A stretch of 64,000 bases of DNA from positions 57,879-121,878 of the forward strand of contig JBAZCK010000001.1 of the NCBI GenBank assembly GCA_041654955.1. The letters run 5' to 3'. Below, in pieces: positions 30,078 through 41,991 of this stretch (position 1 is its first letter; each line of letters starts with the position of its first letter). Under the pieces are notes generated by a model, which was not told the origin of the DNA, searched no databases, and saw nothing but the letters and a program-made list of their open reading frames with translations. The translations under genes were made by a program, and so were the position numbers. This DNA comes from Acholeplasmataceae bacterium. GTDB taxonomy: Bacteria > Bacillota_I > Bacilli_A > Acholeplasmatales > Acholeplasmataceae.

Positions 30078-30785
30078 ATGGCACAAAGATATTTTTTAAA
30101 TAAAAATGCTTTTGAAAAGCAATTGATTACTGGTGAAGATGCACATCACATCATTAGGGTGATGAGAATGAAAATCAATGATCAAATTATTGTATGTTTT
30201 GATCAATCTTGTTATCAAGCAAAACTAACTGAAATAAATAATGATGTCAGTTTTGAGATTCAAGAAAAATTGGAACAAACAAAGTCTTTAGATATCACAC
30301 TTATCCAAGGCTTACCAAAGGGTAATAAAATTGATTTTGTTAGTAAATACGCAACTATTTACGGCGTATCAAATATCGTGTTTACTGAAATGCAACGCTC
30401 AATTTCAAAAGAAAAAAACACAGAAAACAAAATCAAACGATTAGAAACAATTGCTAAAGAAGCAGCAGAGCTAGCACACAGGTTTGATGTACCACAAATA
30501 TCGTTTATTAAAAATTTAAAATTGGTTAATTTTGATCAATTTGACATGATATTGATAGCAGATGAAAACGAGAAAACCAAAACGTTAAATGATGTTATAA
30601 CAAGTGTAGATATAAATAAAAAATATGCTTTAATTATCGGTCCAGAAGGTGGCATAACAGATGATGAAAGAGTTTTTTTCAAAAACCTTAATGCTAGTTT
30701 TATTTCTCTTGGATCTAATATTTTACCTACAGAAATTGCTTCAATTTATGCCCTAACATACTTCTCATTAAAAAAATGTGAATAA
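30078..30785 (+). CDS. rsmE: 16S rRNA m3U1498 methyltransferase
   Basis: HHIIRVMR, EAAE, IGPEGG, SLGSNILPTE. Confidence 0.9.
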   Translation: MAQRYFLNKNAFEKQLITGEDAHHIIRVMRMKINDQIIVCFDQSCYQAKLTEINNDVSFEIQEKLEQTKSLDITLIQGLPKGNKIDFVSKYATIYGVSNIVFTEMQRSISKEKNTENKIKRLETIAKEAAELAHRFDVPQISFIKNLKLVNFDQFDMILIADENEKTKTLNDVITSVDINKKYALIIGPEGGITDDERVFFKNLNASFISLGSNILPTEIASIYALTYFSLKKCE

Positions 30786-30857
30786 TTTTGACAAATAGTA
30801 AAAAATCATATATAATGTAAAAGGCTATTAAATCTAAGCGTGGAAGGAGGGCAGACT

Positions 30858-31031
30858 ATGCCTAAAACAGTTGTTCGCGAAAAAGAAACATTAGAAGATG
30901 CTTTACGTCGCTTTAAACGTGATGTTTCTAAGTCAGGAAACCTCCAAGAAGCTCGCAAGCGTGAATTTTACGTTAAACCTAGTGTAGAACGTAAGGATCG
31001 TGCACGTGCAGCACGCGCTAAGAAAAAGTAA
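30858..31031 (+). CDS. rpsU: 30S ribosomal protein bS21
   Basis: [20 protein letters not shown]; SD AGGAGG precedes ATG 30858. Confidence 0.96.
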   Translation: MPKTVVREKETLEDALRRFKRDVSKSGNLQEARKREFYVKPSVERKDRARAARAKKK

Positions 31032-31040
31032 ATCGTGAAG

Positions 31041-31065
31041 AAACGCACCAAATTGGTGCGTTTTT
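31041..31065 (+). terminator. Terminator after rpsU
   Basis: AAACGCACCA-aat-TGGTGCGTTTTT. Confidence 0.85.
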
Positions 31066-31152
31066 ATATCATTTATCATTGAAAAAAGTACTTCTGTGCT
31101 TTTTTATTTTTTCGCATGTGGTATAATAAATACACGATAAGGAGCTGATTTA

Positions 31153-32106
31153 ATGAAATTAAATCAACAAATTCATCATGCTGAATCAATCAGTAGACTT
31201 GTTGGTGTTCAAGATCGTAATCTCTTAGTTTTTAAACAATATCTAGGTGTATTAATTTCAATTCGAGGTTCTGAAATAATCACAGACGCAAAAAAAGAAA
31301 TGCTCCCACTTTTGGAAGCTATTTTTACTGTTTTAATTCAGTTAGCTGAACATCAAATTCAGTTTAATGAACGTGATGTTATGTATATCATTAAGTTGGC
31401 TGAAAAAGGTGAATTAGAAGGTGTTTTTGAATTATACAATAATCGTGAAAAAATATTAGTTAATGATCAAGGGAAATCCATTTATCCAAAAACGTTTAAT
31501 CAAAAATATTATATCAAAGCTATTGAATCTTATGATTTAACTTTTGGAGTTGGTCCAGCCGGTACTGGTAAAACATATTTAGCGGTTGCAGCTGCAGTAA
31601 GAGAGTTAAAACAAGGAAAAGTTAAAAAACTTATATTGACAAGGCCAGTTGTAGAAGCTGGAGAGTCATTAGGATTTTTACCAGGTGATTTAAAAGAAAA
31701 AGTTGACCCATATTTGGTACCTTTATATGATGCACTTTATGAAATGTTGGGCGTGCAAACAACGATGCAACTTTTAGAAAAAGGTGTTATTGAGATTGCA
31801 CCACTTGCATATATGCGTGGTAGAACACTAGAAAATGCATGTGTCATATTAGATGAAGCACAAAATACGACAAAATCACAAATGAAAATGTTTTTAACAA
31901 GATTAGGATTTTCTTCTAAAATGATAGTTACTGGTGATCCATCACAAACAGATTTAAAAAATCATAAAGAGAATGGATTAAACGAGGTATTAACAATTTT
32001 AGATCATATGGATGATATCAAAATCATTACTTTTGATAAGTTAGATGTCGTAAGACATCCATTAGTTCAACATATACTTGAAAGGTACGATCAAAATGAA
32101 GGTTAA
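31153..32106 (+). CDS. phoH: PhoH family ATPase
   Basis: GPAGTGKT, LGFLPGD, AYMRGRT, DEAQN, VVRHPLV. Confidence 0.93.
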   Translation: MKLNQQIHHAESISRLVGVQDRNLLVFKQYLGVLISIRGSEIITDAKKEMLPLLEAIFTVLIQLAEHQIQFNERDVMYIIKLAEKGELEGVFELYNNREKILVNDQGKSIYPKTFNQKYYIKAIESYDLTFGVGPAGTGKTYLAVAAAVRELKQGKVKKLILTRPVVEAGESLGFLPGDLKEKVDPYLVPLYDALYEMLGVQTTMQLLEKGVIEIAPLAYMRGRTLENACVILDEAQNTTKSQMKMFLTRLGFSSKMIVTGDPSQTDLKNHKENGLNEVLTILDHMDDIKIITFDKLDVVRHPLVQHILERYDQNEG

Positions 32107-32518
32107 TATACATAATCAAACCAGTGATGAAGTTAAGCAAGTTGAAAAACTTTTAAAAAAGGTTTTTAAAACAATTAAAGAAAAACTAAGTATGGAAATT
32201 GTATTTGTAACACTTGATCAAATTCATAAAATGAATGTTGATTATAGACAAATTGATAGACCAACTGATGTTTTATCTTTTGTTAATGATGATCCATCAA
32301 TCAAATCATTAGGAGATATATTTATCTCATTAGAGAAAGCAAAACAACAAGCGGATGATTACGAACATTCTTTTGAAAGAGAAGTTGGATTTCTTGCGGT
32401 TCATGGATATCTTCATTTAAAGGGATATGATCACCATACACCTGAAGAAGAAAAAGAAATGACAGAAATGCAAGAAAAGATATTAAATAAAGTTAAATTA
32501 CAAAGGAGCACAAAATGA
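32096..32518 (+). CDS. ybeY: rRNA maturation endoribonuclease YbeY
   Basis: PTDVLSF, HGYLHLKGYDH. Confidence 0.95.
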   Translation: MKVNIHNQTSDEVKQVEKLLKKVFKTIKEKLSMEIVFVTLDQIHKMNVDYRQIDRPTDVLSFVNDDPSIKSLGDIFISLEKAKQQADDYEHSFEREVGFLAVHGYLHLKGYDHHTPEEEKEMTEMQEKILNKVKLQRSTK

Positions 32519-32916
32519 AAAATTTAGAACAAGCAAAAATTGCGAGACTTAAAGCTTATGTACCTTATTCAAAATTTAAGGTAGGTGCAGCGATTGAGTT
32601 AAAAGATGGTACTTATATTCATGGAGCGAACATAGAAAATGCAAGTTATCCATTATCAAATTGTGCAGAAAGAAGTGCATTGTTTTCTTTGCTTAGTCAA
32701 GGTTATAAAGTAGAAGATATTAAATCAATGACGATTGTTGCTGATGCAAAACATCCTGTTTCTCCTTGTGGTGCATGTAGACAAGTGATGCATGAACTTA
32801 TGCCAAAAGGCACTAAAATTTATTTAGCAAATTTAGAAGGTGAAATTAAAGAAACGGATCCAGATGATTTATTACCTTATGCTTTTGAAGAATTCGAAGG
32901 AGACAAGGATGCATAA
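32515..32916 (+). CDS. cdd: Cytidine deaminase
   Basis: PYSKFKVGAA, NIENASY, CAER, PCGACRQ. Confidence 0.95.
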   Translation: MKNLEQAKIARLKAYVPYSKFKVGAAIELKDGTYIHGANIENASYPLSNCAERSALFSLLSQGYKVEDIKSMTIVADAKHPVSPCGACRQVMHELMPKGTKIYLANLEGEIKETDPDDLLPYAFEEFEGDKDA

Positions 32917-33793
32917 ATCAGGGTTTATAGCGATTGTAGGTAGACCGAATGTAGGTAAGTCAACGTTACTTAATGCGTTAATTGGTCAAAAAGTTGCAAT
33001 CATGAGTCCTAAACCTCAAACCACCAGACATCGAATCACTGGTGTATTATCTGAAGAGGATTATCAAATGATTTTTGTTGATACACCTGGTATGCATAAG
33101 GGTAAGGATTTATTAAACAAAACAATTGATAAAGTGGCTGTATCATCATTAAAAGATGTTGATATGGTTTTATTTGTTGTTGATCGAGCAAAAACAGCTG
33201 CTGAAACATTTGTGATGAATTATTTTAAAGGATTAAAAAAACCAATATTTTTAGTTATAAATAAAATTGATGAACTTAAATCAAAAGCAGAAATTGATGC
33301 ACTCATTATGAGTTATTTAGGATCTTATGAGTTTGAAGGGTATTTTCCTGTTTCTGCAAAAGATTTAACACATATTGATAAGATTAAGGCAGCACTTTTA
33401 AAATATTTACCAGAAGGACCTAAATATTTTCCACCTGAAATGAAATCAGATCAAACAGAAACAGTCATGATGAGTGAACTTATTCGTGAAAAAATACTAT
33501 ATTTCACTGAACAAGAAATTCCACATGCTGTTGCTGTTGTTATTGAAAGTATCTATCATAATCAAGAATTAAATCAAGTTGATGTTTCAGCACTCATCGT
33601 TGTTGAAAGACCAACACAAAAACAGATTCTAATTGGTCGTGGTGGAGAAAAAATGAAACATATAGGATCTGAAGCTAGAAAAGAAATTAATAAAGTGTTA
33701 GACACAAAAATTCATTTGACACTTTGGGTGAAAGTGAAAAAAGATTGGCGAAATCGTCCAAGTGATTTAAAAGCATTTGGATTTGGAGAATAA
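32909..33793 (+). CDS. era: GTPase Era
   Basis: GRPNVGKS, QTTR, DTPG, NKID, C-terminal KH domain. Confidence 0.96.
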   Translation: MHKSGFIAIVGRPNVGKSTLLNALIGQKVAIMSPKPQTTRHRITGVLSEEDYQMIFVDTPGMHKGKDLLNKTIDKVAVSSLKDVDMVLFVVDRAKTAAETFVMNYFKGLKKPIFLVINKIDELKSKAEIDALIMSYLGSYEFEGYFPVSAKDLTHIDKIKAALLKYLPEGPKYFPPEMKSDQTETVMMSELIREKILYFTEQEIPHAVAVVIESIYHNQELNQVDVSALIVVERPTQKQILIGRGGEKMKHIGSEARKEINKVLDTKIHLTLWVKVKKDWRNRPSDLKAFGFGE

Positions 33794-33796
33794 ATT

Positions 33797-34453
33797 ATGG
33801 AAGGGTTAATATTTAAGGTACAACCATATAAAGAAACCTCTAGATTGCTTTTTGTATTTACACCTGTAGGTAAAGTTACTTTAGTCGCTAAAGGTGCACA
33901 AAAGGTTACAGATAAATCAAGAGTTATTTCTCAATATTTAACCCATATCTCATTTAAAGAACAAAAAGATAAATCTTTTTATACGATGCAAGAACCTAAA
34001 ATCATTAATGAATTTTCTATTTTAAAAGCTGATTATCATAAAACTAAACAAGCAGCTTTAATTTTAGAAATTATTGATCAATTAATGATTGATGATTTAA
34101 ACTATAAAGATATTTTTAATGATGCGATTTTAGCACTTAATGAAAAAGATATTAAAGTATCAAGTTTAAGTTTTGCATTAAAAGTATTAAAACCGTTAGG
34201 TTATGCGCTAAATTTAGATGCAGATGGAAGACAAATCATAGGACTTAGTATTGAAAAAGGTGGATTAGTTTATCAAAACGAGGTATTTCCTATTGATTTA
34301 AACACAAAAGACGCTATATTTCTTTTAAAACTTTATTATTTACCTTATAATGAACATGGTATCTATGAAATAGATATCTTAGAAAAAATAGAGTTTTTTA
34401 TTAAAAAATATTACCAATATCACTTAAATGTGACACTAAAGCACTTAAAATAG
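33797..34453 (+). CDS. recO: DNA repair protein RecO
   Basis: N-terminal OB-fold pattern (YKETSRLLFVFT..GKV..VAKGA); era-recO-glyS synteny. Confidence 0.82.
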   Translation: MEGLIFKVQPYKETSRLLFVFTPVGKVTLVAKGAQKVTDKSRVISQYLTHISFKEQKDKSFYTMQEPKIINEFSILKADYHKTKQAALILEIIDQLMIDDLNYKDIFNDAILALNEKDIKVSSLSFALKVLKPLGYALNLDADGRQIIGLSIEKGGLVYQNEVFPIDLNTKDAIFLLKLYYLPYNEHGIYEIDILEKIEFFIKKYYQYHLNVTLKHLK

Positions 34454-34474
34454 AAAGTTAAAGGATGTGGACAG

Positions 34475-35845
34475 ATGGTTTCATTAGACAAGATTGTACA
34501 ATTCGCAAAATCAACAGGATATATTTATCAAGGTAGTGAACTTTATGGAGGGTTAGCTAATACTTGGGATTATGGTCCACTTGGTAGTTTGCTTAAGAAA
34601 AATATTAAAGACGCTTGGATTCAAAAGTTCCAAAGAGAAACTGAACATAACGTTTTAGTAGATACATCAATTTTATTAAATAGTGAAGTTTGGAAGGCGA
34701 GCGGACATGTGGGTGGATTTAGTGATCCTCTTACAGAATGTAAGAAATGTAATCAACGTTTTAGAGCAGATCAATTAATTGAATCGTTTGATTCTAATGT
34801 AGATCCAAATGGATGGAGTACAGATCAAATGTATGATTATCTTGTTAATCAAGAAGTCAAATGCCCAAGTTGTGGTGCTCATGATTTTTTACCTATTCGT
34901 AAATTTAATATGATGTTTGAAACACATCAAGGTGTTGTAAAAGAACAAGCTGATCAAATATACTTAAGACCAGAAACAGCACAAGGTATTTTTATTAACT
35001 TTAAAAATATCCAAAGAACAACTAGAAGAAAACTACCTTTTGGCGTTTGTCAAGTGGGGAAATCATTTAGAAATGAAATTACACCAGGTAACTTCATCTT
35101 TAGAACAAGAGAATTTGAACAAATGGAATTAGAATTTTTTGTAAAACCAGGCACTGAACTTGAGTGGTTTGAATATTGGAAACAGTTTTCAATGAACTGG
35201 CTTTATCAATTGGGATTATCTAGAGAAAATTTAGTCTTTGATGATCATAAACCAGAAGCTTTAAGCCATTATTCAAACGCAACCACTGATATTAGATATA
35301 AGTTTCCGTGGGGTTATGATGAACTTTGGGGCATAGCATCTCGTACAAATTACGATTTAAACGCTCACCAGTTACAATCAAACCAAAACTTAGAGTATTT
35401 AGATCCTGAAACAAACGAAAAATATTTACCTTATGTTATTGAACCTTCAGTAGGTGTTGAAAGACTTTTATTAGCCTTTTTAACAAATGCATATGATGAA
35501 GAAACGCTTGAATCTGGTGATATCAGACAAGTTTTACGACTTCATCCTCAATTAGCACCTTATAAAGTTGCTGTATTACCACTTGTTAAAAAACTCCATC
35601 AAGATAAAGCGATGGAGATTTATAAGTCATTAAGCAAATATTTTGATGTTGTCTATGATGAAACTCAAAATATAGGAAAAAGATATCGTAGACAAGATTC
35701 AATCGGTACCTATTTATGTATCACAGTAGATCACGATACTGAATCTCTAAATTCAGTAACCATTAGAAATCGTGATACGATGGAACAAGACCGTATTCAA
35801 ATTGAAGATTTAAGAAGCTATATCGAAGATAAAATTAAGTATTAA
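34475..35845 (+). CDS. glyQS: Glycine--tRNA ligase, alpha2 type
   Basis: YLRPETAQG, FRNEI, REFEQME, IEPSVGVER. Confidence 0.95.
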   Translation: MVSLDKIVQFAKSTGYIYQGSELYGGLANTWDYGPLGSLLKKNIKDAWIQKFQRETEHNVLVDTSILLNSEVWKASGHVGGFSDPLTECKKCNQRFRADQLIESFDSNVDPNGWSTDQMYDYLVNQEVKCPSCGAHDFLPIRKFNMMFETHQGVVKEQADQIYLRPETAQGIFINFKNIQRTTRRKLPFGVCQVGKSFRNEITPGNFIFRTREFEQMELEFFVKPGTELEWFEYWKQFSMNWLYQLGLSRENLVFDDHKPEALSHYSNATTDIRYKFPWGYDELWGIASRTNYDLNAHQLQSNQNLEYLDPETNEKYLPYVIEPSVGVERLLLAFLTNAYDEETLESGDIRQVLRLHPQLAPYKVAVLPLVKKLHQDKAMEIYKSLSKYFDVVYDETQNIGKRYRRQDSIGTYLCITVDHDTESLNSVTIRNRDTMEQDRIQIEDLRSYIEDKIKY

Positions 35846-35862
35846 TCCGAAGGAGGGTAAAG

Positions 35863-37596
35863 ATGGACAATAAACTCATTGAGCAAATAAATGAGAAGAC
35901 GCCAATTGTTGAATTGGTTTCTGAGTTTGTCACTCTCCAAAAAGCAGGAAAAAACTATCGCGGATTATGCCCGTTTCATCAAGAAAAGACACCAAGCTTC
36001 TTCGTTTCACCAGAGAAAAACATTTGTAAATGTTATGGATGTGGTGAAGGTGGTTCGCCGATTAACTTTTATCGAAAGATAAAAAATATATCATTTCAAG
36101 AAGCTGCTGAAGAACTTGCTGAAAGAGCTGGGATTACTGTTGAAAAAGCAGTAAAACAAAAAGATCCATATGAAGTGTTTTATCAATTGATGCATGAGGC
36201 TAAAGAGTTTTACAAATTTAATTTAAAAAATAGTGAAAAAGGTCAAGAAGCATTAAAATATCTACATCAAAGAGAGATCAATGATCCAATTATCGACCAC
36301 TTTGAACTAGGATATGCTCCAGAACATTCAGATGCCCTTTATAAGCTTTTAAATGATAAAGGCTATCAAGTATCTGACATGATTAAATTAGGTGTTGTAA
36401 AACAAAAAGATGATGGTTCTTACTATGATTTATTTAGCAACAGATTAATCTTTCCGATCACTAATCCAAAAGGTAGTGTTGTTGGATTTAGTGGAAGAAC
36501 GATGAATCCAAAAGATTCGATTAAATACGTAAATAGTCCTGAGACCGTGATTTTTAAAAAAGGACAGTTGTTATATCATTTTAATGAAGCTTTACCAGAT
36601 ATTAGAAGAAATAAGCAAGTTGTATTATTTGAAGGGTTCTTTGATGTGATTAGTTCATATGATGCTGGCATCCAAAATGGGGTCGCAACGATGGGAACAT
36701 CATTAACCATTGAGCAAGCAAAATTAATCAAACAGTTTACTGATTCAATTATTATTGCCTATGATGGTGATGATCCAGGAATGAAAGCAACCCTTTCAGC
36801 TATTCATATCTTAGAAAAAGTAAAACTTAAAACAGAAGTACTAACTATTCCAGAATCACTGGATCCAGATGAGTTTATTAAAGCATATGGACCAGAAAAA
36901 TATGAAGGATTGTTTGGTGAATATTTAAAAGATCCTTATCAATTTAGATATCAATATTATAAAAAAGGTAAAGATCTATCGAATTCAAATGATATCACAA
37001 CATTTAAAAATCAAGTTTTAGAGATGTTGTCATATGCTGATAAAGCCATTCAAAACATTTATAAAAACAGATTAGCTACAGATTTAAAAGTGTCACCAGA
37101 TGCTTTTGAAATCAAAACAAAAAAACAACCCCCACTTCCACAAAATGATACTTTACCGAAAAAGGAAGTTTCTAAATTAGCCAATAAATATGAGAAAGCA
37201 GAACGTTATTTGATTTATGCGATGCTTAGATCTAAAAATGATTCTAAATATATCCAAGCTAGACTTAGAACGAGTGACTTTGTTGATCATGTTCAATCAA
37301 CGATAAGAATTCTAATAGATTCTTATTATAAAGAACATGAGGTGATGGATGTTGTAGAATTTGTAGATAGTTTAACTAATGAGCAGAGAACTTATGCCGA
37401 ACATATATTATTTAAAGATATTATATGGGAACATAAACTACCCATAGATGAAAAAGAGTTTGATCAATTGATTGGACTTGTGAAGAATGCTAATCTTGTA
37501 AGAAGAAAAGCATATGTAAAAGCGAAACTTGACCAAGAGGACTATAAGAATCAAGTTTTGATCGAAGAATATAAAATTTTAGTCAAAGAGAAATAG
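35863..37596 (+). CDS. dnaG: DNA primase
   Basis: CPFH...C..C zinc finger, [21 protein letters not shown]. Confidence 0.96.
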   Translation: MDNKLIEQINEKTPIVELVSEFVTLQKAGKNYRGLCPFHQEKTPSFFVSPEKNICKCYGCGEGGSPINFYRKIKNISFQEAAEELAERAGITVEKAVKQKDPYEVFYQLMHEAKEFYKFNLKNSEKGQEALKYLHQREINDPIIDHFELGYAPEHSDALYKLLNDKGYQVSDMIKLGVVKQKDDGSYYDLFSNRLIFPITNPKGSVVGFSGRTMNPKDSIKYVNSPETVIFKKGQLLYHFNEALPDIRRNKQVVLFEGFFDVISSYDAGIQNGVATMGTSLTIEQAKLIKQFTDSIIIAYDGDDPGMKATLSAIHILEKVKLKTEVLTIPESLDPDEFIKAYGPEKYEGLFGEYLKDPYQFRYQYYKKGKDLSNSNDITTFKNQVLEMLSYADKAIQNIYKNRLATDLKVSPDAFEIKTKKQPPLPQNDTLPKKEVSKLANKYEKAERYLIYAMLRSKNDSKYIQARLRTSDFVDHVQSTIRILIDSYYKEHEVMDVVEFVDSLTNEQRTYAEHILFKDIIWEHKLPIDEKEFDQLIGLVKNANLVRRKAYVKAKLDQEDYKNQVLIEEYKILVKEK

Positions 37597-37612
37597 ATAC
37601 AAACTAGGAGGT

Positions 37613-38869
37613 ATGTTTGTGGATTTTGAAAAAGTAATTGCACAACTAAAGAAGAAGGCTGGTAAGGATAAGTTATTAACATCAAATGATGTTGAACCTT
37701 TTGCGAAGCCTGGAAGTGAACTTTATTTTGAAATAGAGCGCGCTTTATTAAACAACGATATTGACATTGCAGACGATGATGAGATCGAAGATGTAGAACT
37801 AAAAAATGATGTTATAGAAGATGAAGATGACGACTTTGAAATCGAAGATGATGAAGATGAGCCAGATGATCTATCGTTATCAGGATTAGAAGTTGAAGAA
37901 GAAGAATTAATTAATATAGACACGATTGCATCATCTATTAAAATTGATGATCCAGTCCGTATGTATTTAAAAGAAATAGGTCAAATACCATTATTAACAC
38001 ATGATTTAGAAACTAAATATGCAGTTCAAGTATCTAATGGACGTTATGCAAAAGAACAGTTAGATGAATATAATCAAGGCGTACTTGATTTAGAAGAACA
38101 AGATATAGATGAACTAAAAGAAACAATTAGAATTGCTGCAGATGCTAAAAATAAGCTTGTAGAAGCAAACTATAGATTAGTTGTATCTATCGCTAAAAGA
38201 TATGTAGGTCGTGGATTATTATTTCTTGATTTAATTCAAGAAGGTAATATGGGACTAATGAGAGCTGTCGATAAATTCGATTATGAAAAAGGTTTTAAAT
38301 TTTCTACATATGCGACATGGTGGATTAGACAAGCCATTACTCGTGCTGTAGCAGATCAAGCAAGAACTATTCGTATTCCTGTACATATGGTTGAAACCAT
38401 CAATAAGATGATTCGAATTCAAAGACAACTCATTCAAGATTTAGGAAGAGAACCATCGATTGAAGAAATTGCTGAAAAGATGGGTATCACACCTGAAAAA
38501 GTACAAAACATACAACGTATTGCTAAAGAACCTATTTCATTAGAAGCACATGTTGGTGAAGAAGAAGATTCATCATTAGGTGATTTTATTTCAGACCCTA
38601 ATGCACTGACACCACATGAATATATGCTACAAGAAATGGTAAAACAAACACTTGATGAAGTGTTAGAAACTTTAACAGATCGTGAAGAAAAAGTACTACG
38701 TCTTCGTTATGGTCTATTCGATGGAAAAAATCATACATTAGAAGAAGTTGGACGTGAATTTGGCGTAACACGTGAACGTATTAGACAAATTGAAGCCAAA
38801 GCTTTAAGAAAACTTAGAAGTCCATCTAGACAAAATAAATTACGCGAATTTTATTATGGCAAGAAATAA
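37613..38869 (+). CDS. rpoD: Primary sigma factor SigA/RpoD
   Basis: [36 protein letters not shown]. Confidence 0.97.
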   Translation: MFVDFEKVIAQLKKKAGKDKLLTSNDVEPFAKPGSELYFEIERALLNNDIDIADDDEIEDVELKNDVIEDEDDDFEIEDDEDEPDDLSLSGLEVEEEELINIDTIASSIKIDDPVRMYLKEIGQIPLLTHDLETKYAVQVSNGRYAKEQLDEYNQGVLDLEEQDIDELKETIRIAADAKNKLVEANYRLVVSIAKRYVGRGLLFLDLIQEGNMGLMRAVDKFDYEKGFKFSTYATWWIRQAITRAVADQARTIRIPVHMVETINKMIRIQRQLIQDLGREPSIEEIAEKMGITPEKVQNIQRIAKEPISLEAHVGEEEDSSLGDFISDPNALTPHEYMLQEMVKQTLDEVLETLTDREEKVLRLRYGLFDGKNHTLEEVGREFGVTRERIRQIEAKALRKLRSPSRQNKLREFYYGKK

Positions 38870-39473
38870 AAGAATTAAATTTTTAGCAGAATTAACCAAG
38901 GGTTATGACCATGTACTAGATATAGGTACTGACCATGGATTAGTTTTATTAGAAGCATTTAAAAAAGGCTATATAAAAAAAGCAATCGCAAGCGATTTAA
39001 GAGAAGAACCTCTTAATCAAGCGAAAAAGAACTTAAAAAACTATGATGTTGATTTTGTATTATCAGATGGATTTAAACAAATTGATCAATTTGTAGATCT
39101 AGCTATTATTGCAGGTATGGGTTCATATTTAATCACAGATATTTTATCTGATGTATCCCTAGATATAACCTATATCTTACAAGCAAACGATAAACATCAC
39201 ATCTTGCGTGATTTTTTAGCTAAACATGATTTTACAATTGAAGATGAATTTGTCATTCATGATAAATTTCATTATGTTATCATGATTGTTAAAAAAGGAC
39301 ATATGGAGTTATTAGAAGATGATTTACATTTAGGTCCAAAACTTAAATATAAACCTGAGGCAAAAATTTATTATCAACATAAGATCAAACAATATGAAAA
39401 AATACTCATCAAAGCAGATGATGAAAGAAAAAAAGAATTATTGAAATTAATTAAGATTTACAAAATGCAATAA
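38856..39473 (+). CDS. trmK: tRNA (m1A22) methyltransferase
   Basis: DIGTDHG, SDG, IAGMG; sits after rpoD. Confidence 0.88.
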   Translation: MARNKRIKFLAELTKGYDHVLDIGTDHGLVLLEAFKKGYIKKAIASDLREEPLNQAKKNLKNYDVDFVLSDGFKQIDQFVDLAIIAGMGSYLITDILSDVSLDITYILQANDKHHILRDFLAKHDFTIEDEFVIHDKFHYVIMIVKKGHMELLEDDLHLGPKLKYKPEAKIYYQHKIKQYEKILIKADDERKKELLKLIKIYKMQ

Positions 39474-39545
39474 ACGATTGCTCTTTACTAAAAGTCAAAA
39501 AAAGTATAGAATAGTTTATGGAGTTGTTTATTAGCGGAGGTTAAT

Positions 39546-39983
39546 ATGAAAAAAGATTATCAAACATTACAACAATTGGATCGGGCACTAAAAATCTTTA
39601 GAAGAAGCGGTATTTATGATCGTGTAAGTACTAAACTAAGTGATGCAGATATTATGGTGTTATTTTGTGTAGCATTTTGTGATATCAATCAAAAAGTTAA
39701 ATTAACTGATGTATCTAAGACGCTTAAGGTAACTTTACCAGCTGTAACACACAAGGTTAATGATTTAGTTGAAAAGAATTATTTAGAGAAAGTTCAATCA
39801 GAAAAAGATTTAAGAGTGATTTATATTAGACTGACTGAAGATGGAAAAAAATATGTAGAATCAATTCGTGATGACTACTATAGACCGATCGAATTTTTAA
39901 CAAAACATCTAGGAGAAGAAGACACAAATAACTTCTTAAGAATCTTAAATAAAATTGGAGAAATTGGTAAGATTAAAGTTTAA
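39546..39983 (+). CDS. MarR family transcriptional regulator
   Basis: wHTH, D.R...LTEDG motif. Confidence 0.88.
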   Translation: MKKDYQTLQQLDRALKIFRRSGIYDRVSTKLSDADIMVLFCVAFCDINQKVKLTDVSKTLKVTLPAVTHKVNDLVEKNYLEKVQSEKDLRVIYIRLTEDGKKYVESIRDDYYRPIEFLTKHLGEEDTNNFLRILNKIGEIGKIKV

Positions 39984-40063
39984 TTTAAATTAAATCAAAA
40001 AAGTCATTAAAATGACTTTACAATCGGCACTTAGATTTGTTATAATAACTTGTGCCGACTGAT

Positions 40064-40140
<77 letters not shown>

Positions 40141-40198
40141 CTTTTTTATAAGATAAACTCCATAACTGGAGTTTTTTTATTTATTCAAAAAAAGAACG

Positions 40199-41029
40199 TT
40201 ATTTTAAACGTCCTTCTAATTCAAAATGTTTAATTAAATAATTGGCAATACCATCTTCATCATTGGTTAGTTCAGTTTGATCTTTTGAAACACCTTTTAA
40301 TTCCCAAGTACCATTTTTCATCATAACACCGATACCTGCATCTCTTATCATTTCGATATCATTAATTCCGTCACCAAATGCGATTAAATTAGAACGTTCT
40401 ATGTTGTAATAATCAAGTAAGTAGTTTAAGGCAGATGATTTAGAGACATGTTTTAAATATATTTCATAAATTGCATGTTTATGTCCAGCACCCCATAATC
40501 TAAATGAGATTGTATCACCATGGTTTTCTTTGATATATGTTTCTAGACTTTCTTTTTGCATCGTATCAACTAAAAATATTAATCCAGAAGGTTCAACATC
40601 AAGATCGGTAAAATCACCTTCGATAATTTCATTAGAAAATGCAAGACCTGCAAAATATTCCTCTAATTTAGGTTCGTAATTATAAGCATATACGGTTTTA
40701 TTAATACTGAAAAAAGCAGATTTTAAAATAGGTTTTGCGAATCTAAAGATATCATGTAGAACATGATTTGGAATAAGTGTTCTTTGTTTAGGGAACTTTT
40801 GATCTAATGGGTTTTCAATGGTTGCTCCATTGTCATTGATCATGGGTGTAGGGATACCAAGTTTTTTATATAACTCAATGGCTCCACCATAAGGTCTTCC
40901 TGTTGAAATGACGACGATATGACCTAAACGATATAAGTAGTTTAAGACTTGAATTGATTTTTCTGTTAATTCGCTTTTATTGTTAAGCAGTGAACCATCT
41001 AGGTCACACGCTATAAGATATTGTTGCAT
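40199..41029 (-). CDS. Cof-type HAD-IIB hydrolase
   Basis: DLDGSLL, STGR, K..A, FGDGIND; SD GAGGTG precedes ATG 41029. Confidence 0.92.
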   Translation of the reverse strand: MQQYLIACDLDGSLLNNKSELTEKSIQVLNYLYRLGHIVVISTGRPYGGAIELYKKLGIPTPMINDNGATIENPLDQKFPKQRTLIPNHVLHDIFRFAKPILKSAFFSINKTVYAYNYEPKLEEYFAGLAFSNEIIEGDFTDLDVEPSGLIFLVDTMQKESLETYIKENHGDTISFRLWGAGHKHAIYEIYLKHVSKSSALNYLLDYYNIERSNLIAFGDGINDIEMIRDAGIGVMMKNGTWELKGVSKDQTELTNDEDGIANYLIKHFELEGRLK

Positions 41030-41096
41030 TATTTTCACCTCTATTTATTATCTCATATAAATTATATATTACAAGCAATATTGTGTAAAGTTAAAG

Positions 41097-41114
41097 AAAA
41101 AAGGCTTTCGCCTT
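41097..41114 (-). terminator. Terminator after the 41113 fragment
   Basis: Minus strand AAGGC-GAAA-GCCTT followed by a T run. Confidence 0.7.
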
Positions 41115-41991
41115 AATTCAATTTTAGATATGTGAATTTAAATGTTGTTGTAACCTCTCCGGGTGGCGTTTCTCCTGTCGGGTCTACTGATATCTTATAG
41201 GGTATTGCATATTCATATAAGTTTTCTTCAATGAATGAAGGGTTTTCAGTAACACCTCCTGGAGGAAGACTTGAATTGTTAGATGTATATACACCGCCGA
41301 TGATTGTTATATTACCTTGATTACCATCAAATGTATGACTTAAAAAGTATCCGTATCCATCAACTTTATTCCCAAGGTTGATTTCTCCTTCTGCAAAAAC
41401 AAATGAAGGTCTTTTAGCGGTTCCTAATCTTAAGTTTTTAGCTATGTTTACATTACCATTGACATAAAGTGTACCACTAATACCTTGTTCAGAACTACCT
41501 TGTCCAATAATGGTTAAATTACCATTAACAACGACATTACCATAAATGGTAGAACCTGCATGCATTGTTAAATCACCATTAATAAATAATATTTGATCCT
41601 CTTGAACTGTAAGATTTCTTACTAAGTTGTTTTGGTTCTTACTACCTTGTTCAATTTCTACATCACCATCAACATACCAATACCACCATGCGGTTGGTTG
41701 CCACTGACTTTCAAGATCACTTGGAACTTTGTACTGAAAGGTTGATCCTTGTTGAGATAATTCTTCGATATATGACATGATATCCATAAAGCTTGTAAAC
41801 CCAAGTTCTGGTTCAATCCAACTAAAAGAACTATCAATAAATTCTGGAATGAATGTTGATAATAAATTTGTAGGTGTTACTAAAGGTGATAAAACAAAAT
41901 CCGTTTCAGTTCCTGTGTAATCAAATATGGTGTCAACAGTAGAAACTTCTTGAACTGAACCAGTCATATAACTTATACCTTCATCATATGA
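41113..41991 (-). pseudogene. 5'-truncated fragment of an exported beta-solenoid-like protein (possibly PilX/ComG-like)
   Basis: Repeated V/I-N/D-G-D/N-L/V motifs. No SD or signal peptide. The predicted TTG N-terminus is just the antisense of the opposite ORF. Confidence 0.5.

Noticed and set aside
37770-37910. GAT/GAA-rich low-complexity stretch
   Set aside because: It encodes the acidic linker of RpoD region 1; not a DNA repeat array
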